From Methylotenera oryzisoli (GTDB lineage Bacteria > Pseudomonadota > Gammaproteobacteria > Burkholderiales > Methylophilaceae): DNA of 64,000 bases. Both the position numbers and the translations under genes were made by a program. The notes under the pieces were generated by a model that was not told the origin of the DNA, searched no databases, and was given only the letters and a program-made list of their open reading frames with translations. Positions 40,839-49,418 of this stretch are shown here, piece by piece (position 1 is the stretch's first letter; each line of letters starts with the position of its first letter). The DNA lies in the NCBI GenBank assembly GCA_945872425.1, contig CAMBZE010000003.1:938-64937 (forward strand), written 5' to 3'.

Positions 40839-41456
40839 TTAGGTACCCCTGTTATAGCGCTGGAATACAGGCCGAGGCTCATCTACTGCGCCTTGGTATG
40901 GTTGGCTGAAGTCATTCAGGCTTGCGATAGCATCAGCTGCGGAACGATCTGCGCGAATGACAAAGCTGGTAAAGCCGCCGCGTTTCAAGAAAAACAACTG
41001 ATCGCGCAGCACGTCGCCAAAGGCTCGCAGGTCATTTTTGTAACCATACCTGCTACGTAACAACGTGCCTAGTGAGAATATACGACCATCAGCAAAGCGC
41101 TCTACAAAAATTGCAATGATGGGCAATTCGTTGATATCGGTTTGATGTTGTATCAGATGCTCTAATAATTCATGTGTAGCCAGCCAAACGCCAACTTCGT
41201 TTTCTGCTACGCGATTAGCAAGTTCGCGATGACGAGCAATGAACACACTTAACGGCACGATGATTTTACCGGTTGCAGGAATAATCGTATTTTCAATTTG
41301 CTCTGTGGTAACGCTTTCTTCACCGGTCAGTTTGAATAAAACTACTTTACCGGCTTGTTTGCGTGCTTCTACTTGCGTGGCTGGTAATTGGACGATCGTC
41401 CAATCATCACTTGCCAAGCTTGCTACGCCATTTTTCAGTTGAATCAAACTATTCAT
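40839..41456 (-). CDS. DUF934 family protein (cysI partner)
   Basis: FADGRIFSLGTLLRSRYGYKNDLRAFGDVLRDQLFFLKRGGF; 4-bp overlap with cysI. Confidence 0.9.
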   Translation of the reverse strand: MNSLIQLKNGVASLASDDWTIVQLPATQVEARKQAGKVVLFKLTGEESVTTEQIENTIIPATGKIIVPLSVFIARHRELANRVAENEVGVWLATHELLEHLIQHQTDINELPIIAIFVERFADGRIFSLGTLLRSRYGYKNDLRAFGDVLRDQLFFLKRGGFTSFVIRADRSAADAIASLNDFSQPYQGAVDEPRPVFQRYNRGT

Positions 41457-43120
41457 GCCGTCACCTCATTTTTTGCATAGACATGCGCTTTGAATGGGGC
41501 GATGCCCAAACGACGCGCAGTATCAATAAAGCGTTCTTCAGGTGTACGCTCTTTGATGTAAACCTCAATCAATTTTTGCACTACACCAGGCATTTCTTCC
41601 GCCGAGAATGAAGGCCCAATCACGCTGCCGATGCTGGCGTCATTGCCTTGTTTGCCGCCAATCGTCACTTGATACCATTCTGAGCCGTCTTTATCTACCC
41701 CTAAAATACCGATATGACCAACGTGGTGATGCCCGCAGGCGTTCATGCAGCCTGAGATATTGAGTTCAATGTCGCCAATGTCATGCAAGTAGTCCAAATT
41801 ATCAAATTGCATTTGAATGGCTTCAGCAATCGGAATGCTTTTTGCATTTGCCAGTGAGCAAAAGTCACCGCCCGGGCAGCAAATGATGTCTGTCAGCAGG
41901 CCAATGTTGGGCGTAGCCAAGCCGTGCGCGCGGGCTTTTTCCCACACGGCAAATAAGTCGCTCAATTTCACATCCGCCAGAATTAAATTTTGCTCATGCG
42001 AAACGCGCAGCTCACCAAAGCTGTATTGTGCCGCCAAATCAGCCACCACATGCATTTGCTCACTGCTGGCATCACCTGGCGGTTTGCCATGAGGCTTGAG
42101 TGATAGCGTAACCGCGCGGTAACCCGAGGTTTTGTGTGGGTGCACACAACGTTTAACCCAGGCAGCAAATGCAGGACTGCTGGCTACAGCTGTGTCAAAA
42201 CTTGCGTCTTGCGCAGGCAGTGATTCATAGTCAAAATCTGCAAAATGCTGCGCAACACGCGCCAGCTCGGCTTCAGTAATGGTATTGGGGCTATCTTTCA
42301 GGTGTAACCATTCAGCCTCAACCTGTTTGCGGAACTCATCAATCCCAAGCGCTTTAACTAAGATTTTGATACGTGCCTTGTACATATTGTCACGGCGACC
42401 ATGCAGGTTATACACGCGAACAATGGCCTCGCAATAGGTGAGGGCATGTTGCCATTCAAGATGCTCACGAATGACGGCACCTAAAATAGGGGTGCGGCCT
42501 AAACCGCCGCCTACCCATACTTTAATGGCTATTTTGTGATTGGCATCTCGGTAGAATTCCATACCAATATCGTGTACTTGCACAACGGCACGATCTTGCA
42601 GGGTGCCGGAAACGGCGATTTTGAACTTGCGTGGTAATAACGCGAACTCCGGGTGAAATGTGCTCCATTGGCGCATGATTTCAGCCATGGCACGCGGGTC
42701 AATGACTTCGTCAGGCGCAACCCCTGCAAATTGATCCGTGGTGATATTGCGGATGCAGTTGCCCGAAGTTTGAATAGCATGCATTTCAACCGTAGCCAAC
42801 TCGGCAAGAATGTCCGGTGTATCTTCCAATTTTGGCCAGTTGAGTTGCAAGTTTTGGCGCGTACTAAAATGACCGTAGCCTTTATCATATTGGGTGGCAA
42901 TATCAGCCAATTTATGTAACTGCTTGGCTGACAACATGCCATAGGGCACGGCAATACGCAACATAGGGGCGTGGCGTTGGATATACAAGCCATTTTGCAA
43001 GCGCAGTGGGCGAAATTCATCATCGGTCAATTCGCCGGCTAAAAAACGGCGCATCTGGTCGCGATATTGCGCAACGCGCTCATCAACGATTTGTTGATCT
43101 ATTTCATCGTATTTGTACAT
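41453..43120 (-). CDS. cysI: Nitrite/sulfite reductase hemoprotein (ferredoxin-dependent CysI type)
   Basis: RLQNGLYIQ, STRQNLQ, LPRKFKIA, siroheme/Fe-S Cys motifs CCPGGDFCSLA and SGCMNACG; in the cys operon with no cysJ. Confidence 0.94.
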   Translation of the reverse strand: MYKYDEIDQQIVDERVAQYRDQMRRFLAGELTDDEFRPLRLQNGLYIQRHAPMLRIAVPYGMLSAKQLHKLADIATQYDKGYGHFSTRQNLQLNWPKLEDTPDILAELATVEMHAIQTSGNCIRNITTDQFAGVAPDEVIDPRAMAEIMRQWSTFHPEFALLPRKFKIAVSGTLQDRAVVQVHDIGMEFYRDANHKIAIKVWVGGGLGRTPILGAVIREHLEWQHALTYCEAIVRVYNLHGRRDNMYKARIKILVKALGIDEFRKQVEAEWLHLKDSPNTITEAELARVAQHFADFDYESLPAQDASFDTAVASSPAFAAWVKRCVHPHKTSGYRAVTLSLKPHGKPPGDASSEQMHVVADLAAQYSFGELRVSHEQNLILADVKLSDLFAVWEKARAHGLATPNIGLLTDIICCPGGDFCSLANAKSIPIAEAIQMQFDNLDYLHDIGDIELNISGCMNACGHHHVGHIGILGVDKDGSEWYQVTIGGKQGNDASIGSVIGPSFSAEEMPGVVQKLIEVYIKERTPEERFIDTARRLGIAPFKAHVYAKNEVTA

Positions 43121-43135
43121 GACTATTAAGACTTC

Positions 43136-43930
43136 TTAAACAAAAACAAATTTCAAACCAATAGCAAGCAACAAGGCTGCCAGCATTGGGCGTAATACTT
43201 TTTCTGGGATTTTGACGCTTAAATGACTACCAACCCATATCCCAGGCAGGGAGCCGATGAGCAGGGTGCCTAGTAATTCAAAGTTAACATGCCCTAATGT
43301 CCAATGTCCAAAACCCGCAACTGCAGTTAATGGAATGGCATGTGCCAAGTCTGTCCCCACTACTTTTAAGGTGCTCATTTTTGGGTAGAGGAATAGAATT
43401 GCCAAAGTACCCAATGCACCTGCGCCAACTGAAGATATGGTGACCAGCACGCCCAGTATTATGCCAGTAAACACGGTTGCCGGGATTTGAATTTGATTAA
43501 AACGCCCCGTGCTAATCACGCTATTTTCGATTTCACGTATTTTTTTTCGGGTTAAATAGCTACGAATAAGCACTGCAATCGCCGTAAGTATGAGCGCAAT
43601 TCCCAGTGTGAAGGTGATCAGTCCAGTGACATCTTTTTCAATTTTAATCAGGTGTTTGATTAAAAAGATGGTGATAACAGCAGCAGGCAGGCTACCCAAT
43701 GACAGCCAGGATACGACGCGCCAATCAACAGATTTGTGCGAGGTGTGATGCACAAATACACCACCTGTTTTGGTGATGGCTGCGTAAAGCAAGTCGGTTC
43801 CTACCGCAATGGCGGGTTTGAAGCCAAATAAAAATACCAGCAAAGGCGTCATGAGTGATCCGCCGCCCACGCCAGTAATGCCGACGAGCATACCGACAGC
43901 AAAGCCTGAGATGATATAACCAAGTTCCAT
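43136..43930 (-). CDS. TauE/SafE (TSUP) family sulfur-compound transporter
   Basis: GITGVGGGSLMTP, AVGTDL, SSVGAGALG, VVGTDLAHAIPL. Confidence 0.9.
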   Translation of the reverse strand: MELGYIISGFAVGMLVGITGVGGGSLMTPLLVFLFGFKPAIAVGTDLLYAAITKTGGVFVHHTSHKSVDWRVVSWLSLGSLPAAVITIFLIKHLIKIEKDVTGLITFTLGIALILTAIAVLIRSYLTRKKIREIENSVISTGRFNQIQIPATVFTGIILGVLVTISSVGAGALGTLAILFLYPKMSTLKVVGTDLAHAIPLTAVAGFGHWTLGHVNFELLGTLLIGSLPGIWVGSHLSVKIPEKVLRPMLAALLLAIGLKFVFV

Positions 43931-44074
43931 ATTTGGAGTATCCGTTAATTGAGCGTTTAATCGAGGTGCGTAATATAACAGTAGATGATATTTATTTATA
44001 AGAATATGTTATTCTATGAATATGCTTTTTAGTTATATAAAACTTTTTTCTAATTTGACTAAAGATGAATCAAC

Positions 44075-45001
44075 ATGAAGTTGCATCAATTACGTTACTT
44101 GCATGAAGTTGTACGTCAAGGTTTGAATATTACCGGTGCCGCAGATGCGTTAAACACCTCTCAACCAGGAGTGAGTAAGCAAATTCAGCTGCTTGAAGAA
44201 GAGTTGGGCTTACAGATTTTTCAACGTAATGGTAAACGCCTGATCGGGATCACTGAACCAGGGGTCAAAATTTTAGCTTTAGCCACTCAAGTGATTCGTG
44301 ATATTGATAATATCAAACGCGTGGGTGAGGAGTTTGGTGATGTGGAAACGGGCACGTTAACCATTGCCACCACACATACGCAGGCGCGTTATAAATTACC
44401 TGCGGCCGTTAAAGCCTTCATGAGCAAATACCCCAAGGTTAAGTTAAACATACATCAAGGCAACCCTGGCCAAGTGGCAGAGCAGGTTGTCAATGGTGAT
44501 GCCGATTTCGGTATTGCTACAGAGTCAATTAGCAGCTATGACAGCTTGCTGTGCCTGCCTTGCTACCACTGGAATCGTTGTGTTGTGGTGCCCTATGGCC
44601 ATCCATTGCTGTCTAATGGTGAGTTAACGCTTGAAAAATTGGCCTCTTATCCGCTCATCACTTATGACTTTGCTTTTACTGGCGGCACTCTGGTATCTAA
44701 AACCTTTGGTGACGCAGGCTTGACACCCAATGTGGTGCTCACTGCAATTGATGCAGACGTGATTAAGACCTATGTGTCGCTGGGTTTGGGTGTGGGCTTG
44801 CTTGCTAATATGGCATATGATCCCGAACGTGATGCCAATTTGGTCATGATAGATGCGAGCCACTTGTTTGCTGATAGTACAACCTATTTAGGAGTACGTA
44901 AGGATGTATTCTTACGTGGTTATATGTACGATTTTATTGAGTTGATTGCGCCACATTTTAATCGTGCTGCGGTGAATGCTGCGCTGAAAATCAGTGCGTA
45001 A
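44075..45001 (+). CDS. cysB: LysR-type regulator CysB/Cbl
   Basis: MKLHQLRY, TSQPGVSKQI, ATTHTQARY, YPLITY, DADVIKTYVSLGLGVG; divergent from the cys operon. Confidence 0.95.
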   Translation: MKLHQLRYLHEVVRQGLNITGAADALNTSQPGVSKQIQLLEEELGLQIFQRNGKRLIGITEPGVKILALATQVIRDIDNIKRVGEEFGDVETGTLTIATTHTQARYKLPAAVKAFMSKYPKVKLNIHQGNPGQVAEQVVNGDADFGIATESISSYDSLLCLPCYHWNRCVVVPYGHPLLSNGELTLEKLASYPLITYDFAFTGGTLVSKTFGDAGLTPNVVLTAIDADVIKTYVSLGLGVGLLANMAYDPERDANLVMIDASHLFADSTTYLGVRKDVFLRGYMYDFIELIAPHFNRAAVNAALKISA

Positions 45002-45014
45002 TGGAGGTAAGCAA

Positions 45015-45590
45015 ATGATGCTGCAAAATAACAGAATGAATCAATACCTTTTGACCATAGCGCTGGTTGTGCTGATGACAGCTTGCTGCGCAGTCAAATC
45101 CGTTGCACCTGCTCAAGCGGAGCTAACAGGCAAAGTTAGCATCGACATGCCGGCAATTGACCCGAGTACGGCCATCTATGAATTGCCGGTGAAAGACGGC
45201 GTGAGTTATCAGGATGTAGTGGATAGCTTAAAGTCCATATCCGAGGGCATGAACTTTGTGAACCCAGCCAATTTCCCCATTGCGGAACACATGAAGCAGC
45301 GCGGTGTGGATGCACAAGGTGTAAAAGAGGTACATTCATTTTGCAACTTGAGTATGGGTACGGAAATTATTTTAGATCATCCGGAGTTTTTGGTGTTTGC
45401 GCCATGCCGTATCGCACTCTATGAAAAACCTGACGCTAATCATCAATTAAAGCTTTTCTTAGCGTTGGATCGCCCAACATTTGATTTGAAAAGCATTAAA
45501 AATCCGAGTGAACGGGCAAAAAAATCAGCACAGGAATTAGAAACAGCCTTGCTAAAAATAATGGATAAGGCGCGTAGGGGTGATTTTTAG
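45015..45590 (+). CDS. DUF302-family exported protein or lipoprotein (ATG 45015 with GGAGG RBS; ORF track 44994)
   Basis: Signal or lipobox-like LMTAC; FCN...PCRIALYE pattern typical of DUF302. Confidence 0.75.
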   Translation: MMLQNNRMNQYLLTIALVVLMTACCAVKSVAPAQAELTGKVSIDMPAIDPSTAIYELPVKDGVSYQDVVDSLKSISEGMNFVNPANFPIAEHMKQRGVDAQGVKEVHSFCNLSMGTEIILDHPEFLVFAPCRIALYEKPDANHQLKLFLALDRPTFDLKSIKNPSERAKKSAQELETALLKIMDKARRGDF

Positions 45591-45597
45591 ATCGCTT

Positions 45598-45656
45598 GGG
45601 AAGCACTGATTAAATCACCATGAGCCACGCACATGAGGATTTAATCAGTGTTTCCC
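45598..45656. mobile_element. 59-bp minimal MITE-like hairpin (family B)
   Basis: 19-bp arms gggaagcactgattaaatc / gatttaatcagtgtttccc (one mismatch); cttg lies on both sides if the ends are taken as ggaa/ttcc. Shares ~30 bp with 24372-24527. Confidence 0.75.
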
Positions 45657-45683
45657 TTGGCAAAACCGTATGAAAGAATTCAT

Positions 45684-46259
45684 TTGAAAGCGTTGTTAGT
45701 TATTGCTCAACCAGGGTTTGCAGAGCAAACCATCACCAAATCCCGTTTTATAGCCATGGCGATGCAATGTATCAGCGAGAGGGAGGTGGGAGCAGCATTG
45801 CGCGCATTTGCGGCACAGCACCCCAGTGCGCATCATTTGGCTTATGCATTCAGGCTGAAAACCGAGCAAGGAATCATTCAGCGTTTTTCAGACGCAGGTG
45901 AGCCCTCCGGCACTGCCGGTATGCCAATATTAAAGTTGATAGAAGGTCGCGAGCTTGTTAATGTTTGCGTCGCTGTTATCCGTTATTACGGTGGTATCAA
46001 TTTGGGCACCGGCGGATTAGCAAGGGCATACGGCGGCACGGCAAAATTGGCGTTAGATGCGGCAAAAACCAGTGTTTTTGTTGAAATGCAAACAGTAGCG
46101 TTAACGATTCATTATAATCAAATGGATTTAATGACCAGAGCTTTGGCTAAGTGTAACGGGTGTATTCTAGATAAGTCATTTAATGAGCAGGTTGATTTGG
46201 TCGTGTCATTACCAATAGACGAGATATCAGGTTTTTTGAGTAGATTTTTAGTAAAATAA
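45684..46259 (+). CDS. yigZ: YigZ/IMPACT family protein (TTG 45684 likely; the ORF-track GTG 45648 lies inside the repeat)
   Basis: TKSRF, AHHLAYAF, SDAGEPSGTAGMP, RYYGGINLGTGGLARAY. Confidence 0.92.
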   Translation: MKALLVIAQPGFAEQTITKSRFIAMAMQCISEREVGAALRAFAAQHPSAHHLAYAFRLKTEQGIIQRFSDAGEPSGTAGMPILKLIEGRELVNVCVAVIRYYGGINLGTGGLARAYGGTAKLALDAAKTSVFVEMQTVALTIHYNQMDLMTRALAKCNGCILDKSFNEQVDLVVSLPIDEISGFLSRFLVK

Positions 46260-46315
46260 TTAGATAAAAAACAATCTATTATAGATTTAATTTAACTTTA
46301 TACATTAAGGTAAAT

Positions 46316-47350
46316 ATGAGCAGACTTTCGCAAGCATCACCAGTAACCGTCCATGAAATTGCAGCGTGGGTGCTAACCGCCTTTGCCTTATTTTTTGTGG
46401 TGAAATTCAGTCTGCTACCGGCTTTATTGGCAGGTTTGTTAGTGTTTCAGTTGGTGCATATTATTACACCTTATATTTCACAGCGCTTTCCTAGTAAGCG
46501 CCCTAGCAACCGCGCTAAATTATGGGCGGTGGGCATTTTGGTGTTTATCATTGTTAGCTTGCTTGCACTGGCAGGTGCCGGATTGATGGCGTTTTTGCGG
46601 TCAGATGCAGGCAGTGTCACCGTGCTACTGGCAAAAATGGCGCAAATTCTTGAAGATTCACGCAAAATTTTACCAAGCTGGTTGTTGGAACATTTGCCCG
46701 CTGATGCTATTACGTTTAAAGAGCAGGCAACAGCCTGGCTACGTTCGCATGCGGATGAATTGCAAGTAGTGGGTAAGGAAGCCGGTCGCGTCACCGCACA
46801 CATTATTATCGGCATGATTGTTGGCGGCATGTTGGCATTGCGTGAGGCGGTGATAATTGATCACTTTAAGTCATTCGCACGTGCGCTGGTTGGGCGTTGC
46901 AGTTTATTGAGTGATGCATTCAAACGCGTGGTGTTTGCTCAAATTCGCATATCGGCAATCAATACTTTTTTCACGGCAATCTACTTGGCCGTAGTGTTGC
47001 CATTAGCCGGCATTCATTTGCCTTTGGTTAAAACCATGATTGCCATCACATTTGTGGTAGGTTTGATCCCAGTGATTGGTAATTTAATTTCCAATACAGT
47101 GATTGTGGTGGTGAGTTTGAGCCAATCACTAGGCGTGGCGATAGGTTCGTTGGTGTACTTGGTGGTGATTCATAAATTCGAATATTTTTTGAATGCGCGT
47201 ATCGTGGGTAGTCAGATTCGCGCAAACGCATGGGAGTTATTGATTGCCATGTTGTGCATGGAAGCCGCCTTTGGCTTAATCGGCATTGTCGCGGCGCCCA
47301 TTTATTACGCTTATATCAAAGCGGAGTTGCGTGCGCGTGATTTAATTTAA
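46316..47350 (+). CDS. AI-2E (PerM/UPF0118) family transporter
   Basis: AQIRISAINT, LIPVIGNLISN, KFEYFLNARIVGSQI, FGLIGIVAAPI. Confidence 0.88.
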   Translation: MSRLSQASPVTVHEIAAWVLTAFALFFVVKFSLLPALLAGLLVFQLVHIITPYISQRFPSKRPSNRAKLWAVGILVFIIVSLLALAGAGLMAFLRSDAGSVTVLLAKMAQILEDSRKILPSWLLEHLPADAITFKEQATAWLRSHADELQVVGKEAGRVTAHIIIGMIVGGMLALREAVIIDHFKSFARALVGRCSLLSDAFKRVVFAQIRISAINTFFTAIYLAVVLPLAGIHLPLVKTMIAITFVVGLIPVIGNLISNTVIVVVSLSQSLGVAIGSLVYLVVIHKFEYFLNARIVGSQIRANAWELLIAMLCMEAAFGLIGIVAAPIYYAYIKAELRARDLI

Positions 47351-47378
47351 ACATAGGGCATCAGGTATAATCGACCCT

Positions 47379-48698
47379 ATGATACAAATTACTATTTTAA
47401 TCATTGCTGCTGCCGTTCTTTTGTTGCTGTTGTGGCAAATGTGGCGAGGAAGCCGGGGCGATAAAAATATCGTTATTCTGCAACAGTTGGAAGAGAAGCA
47501 TCGCGCCATGCTGCTTGATTTTAACGATGGCTTAAACAAGCTAGGTGACCGATTGAGTGCGACATCCGGTGACACAAGCGAACGCTTGCGCTCAAGTGTG
47601 GCTACTGAGTTGCAATCTACGCGCGATGCTATGCAAGCCTTGCAGTTGGCGCAAAATAGCAGCCTTTCACTTACGCGTGAGACGGTGCTGGAAAAGTTGC
47701 ACACCACGTTAGCAGAGCAGGGCAAGGCTGAACAGGAACTCATTCAATCAACCATGCGCAATGCAACTTCGCAGCTCACGGCAAGTATCGAAACTTTGAC
47801 CAAAACGGTAGATGGTCAGCTTGAGCAGATTGGCGGCAAGGTTTCTGAGCGTCTGGATGAAGGGTTCAAGAAAACCAATCAAACGTTTGCTGATGTGATG
47901 GCACGCTTGGCGACCATTGATGAAGCGCAAAAGAAAATTGATGGTTTAACCACCAATGTGGTGAGCTTGCAAGAGTTATTGGGCGATAAACGCTCACGCG
48001 GCGCCTTTGGCGAAGTACAACTGGAAGCATTGGTACGCAATGTGCTCCCTGTGAATTCGTTTGCCATGCAACATACCTTTGCAAACGGTACCCGCGCTGA
48101 TTGTGCTCTGTTTTTACCTGAACCCACTGGTACGGTAGCGGTGGATAGCAAGTTTCCACTTGAAAATTACCACCGTATGCTGGATAACAAGCTGAGCGAG
48201 GCCGAGAAAGCGTTGGCAGAAAAACAGTTTAAGTTAGACGTTAAAAAGCATGTGGATGACATTGCCACTAAATATATTATTTCTAACGTGACCTCTGATG
48301 GTGCGGTCATGTTTATTCCGGCTGAGGCGGTGTTTGCCGAGTTGCATGCTTATCATGCCGATGTGATTGAATATGCCATGAATAAACGGGTGTGGGTGGT
48401 TTCGCCCACCACCTTGATGGCCGTGCTTAACACGGCACGTGCCGTGCTTAAAGATGTGGAAACACGTAAACAAGTACATGTGATTAAGGAAGAGCTCGGC
48501 AAGCTCAGTAAAGACTTTGGCCGTTTTGATGTACGCATGAAGAAATTGGCTGATAATATCCGTCAGGCGCACGAAAATGCACAGGACGTGCATATTTCCA
48601 GCCAAAAAATCTCGCAGCGATTTGCACAGATTGAACGCGTAGAATTAACTAAAAATTCAGCAGAATTACTCGACACAATAGATGATAATGAAAATTAA
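47379..48698 (+). CDS. rmuC: DNA recombination protein RmuC
   Basis: N-terminal TM, coiled coil, RGAFGEVQLE, VDSKFPLE, AVMFIPAE, VSPTTL. Confidence 0.95.
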   Translation: MIQITILIIAAAVLLLLLWQMWRGSRGDKNIVILQQLEEKHRAMLLDFNDGLNKLGDRLSATSGDTSERLRSSVATELQSTRDAMQALQLAQNSSLSLTRETVLEKLHTTLAEQGKAEQELIQSTMRNATSQLTASIETLTKTVDGQLEQIGGKVSERLDEGFKKTNQTFADVMARLATIDEAQKKIDGLTTNVVSLQELLGDKRSRGAFGEVQLEALVRNVLPVNSFAMQHTFANGTRADCALFLPEPTGTVAVDSKFPLENYHRMLDNKLSEAEKALAEKQFKLDVKKHVDDIATKYIISNVTSDGAVMFIPAEAVFAELHAYHADVIEYAMNKRVWVVSPTTLMAVLNTARAVLKDVETRKQVHVIKEELGKLSKDFGRFDVRMKKLADNIRQAHENAQDVHISSQKISQRFAQIERVELTKNSAELLDTIDDNEN

Positions 48699-48945
48699 AT
48701 TATTTTACTTTGCAAGACTCAAAGAAGCGCTTAAATATTCGACTGAAGATTTAGAGCTGCCAGATGAATCGATGACTGTCCTTAAACTTAAAGCCTATTT
48801 AGCCAAGCGCGGCGATGTTTGGGGGCAAATGTTAATGGGCAAGTTAAAAGTTCGCGCAGCCATCAATCATGAATTGGTGGATGATAATGCGGCCATTGCT
48901 GACGGCGATGAAGTGGCGTTTTTTCCGCCGGTGACAGGCGGTTAG
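48688..48945 (+). CDS. moaD: Molybdopterin synthase sulfur carrier
   Basis: YFARLKE, AINHE, C-terminal FFPPVTGG. Confidence 0.96.
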   Translation: MKIKLFYFARLKEALKYSTEDLELPDESMTVLKLKAYLAKRGDVWGQMLMGKLKVRAAINHELVDDNAAIADGDEVAFFPPVTGG

Positions 48946-48958
48946 CGATCCTTAAAAT

Positions 48959-49417
48959 ATGACTGTTCGTGTACAGACAGAAGATTTCGATGTTGGCTTT
49001 GAAATCAACCAATTTCGTAAAGCACGTAACGATATAGGCGCGATAGTTAGCTTTGTCGGTTTAGTACGTGATTTAAATGATGGCGATGCTGTATCTCAGC
49101 TCACGCTGGAGCATTATCCCGGCATGACGGAGAAGTCTTTAGCGGCAATTATCAGCCAAGCCAAGGCGCGCTGGAATATTATAGAGGCATTGATTATTCA
49201 CCGCGTCGGAACATTGCAGCCGAGCGACCAAATTGTATTGGTCTTGGTAAGCAGTGCGCACCGAGGAGATGCCTTTGCAGTCTGTGAATTTATGATGGAT
49301 TACTTGAAAACAGAAGCCCCGTTTTGGAAAAAAGAGGCAACGCCGCAGGGCGAGCATTGGGTAGAAGCAAAATCAGCAGATGACGTGGCGCGCGAGCGCT
49401 GGAATATGAAAAAATAA
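48959..49417 (+). CDS. moaE: Molybdopterin synthase catalytic subunit
   Basis: LEHYPGMT, HRVG, SAHRGDAF, LKTEAPFWKKE. Confidence 0.97.
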   Translation: MTVRVQTEDFDVGFEINQFRKARNDIGAIVSFVGLVRDLNDGDAVSQLTLEHYPGMTEKSLAAIISQAKARWNIIEALIIHRVGTLQPSDQIVLVLVSSAHRGDAFAVCEFMMDYLKTEAPFWKKEATPQGEHWVEAKSADDVARERWNMKK

Positions 49418-49418
49418 T

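Noticed and set aside
43931-44074. CysB binding boxes in the divergent tauE/cysB spacer
   Set aside because: Binding there is plausible, but the region is very AT-rich and no specific site could be delimited by eye.
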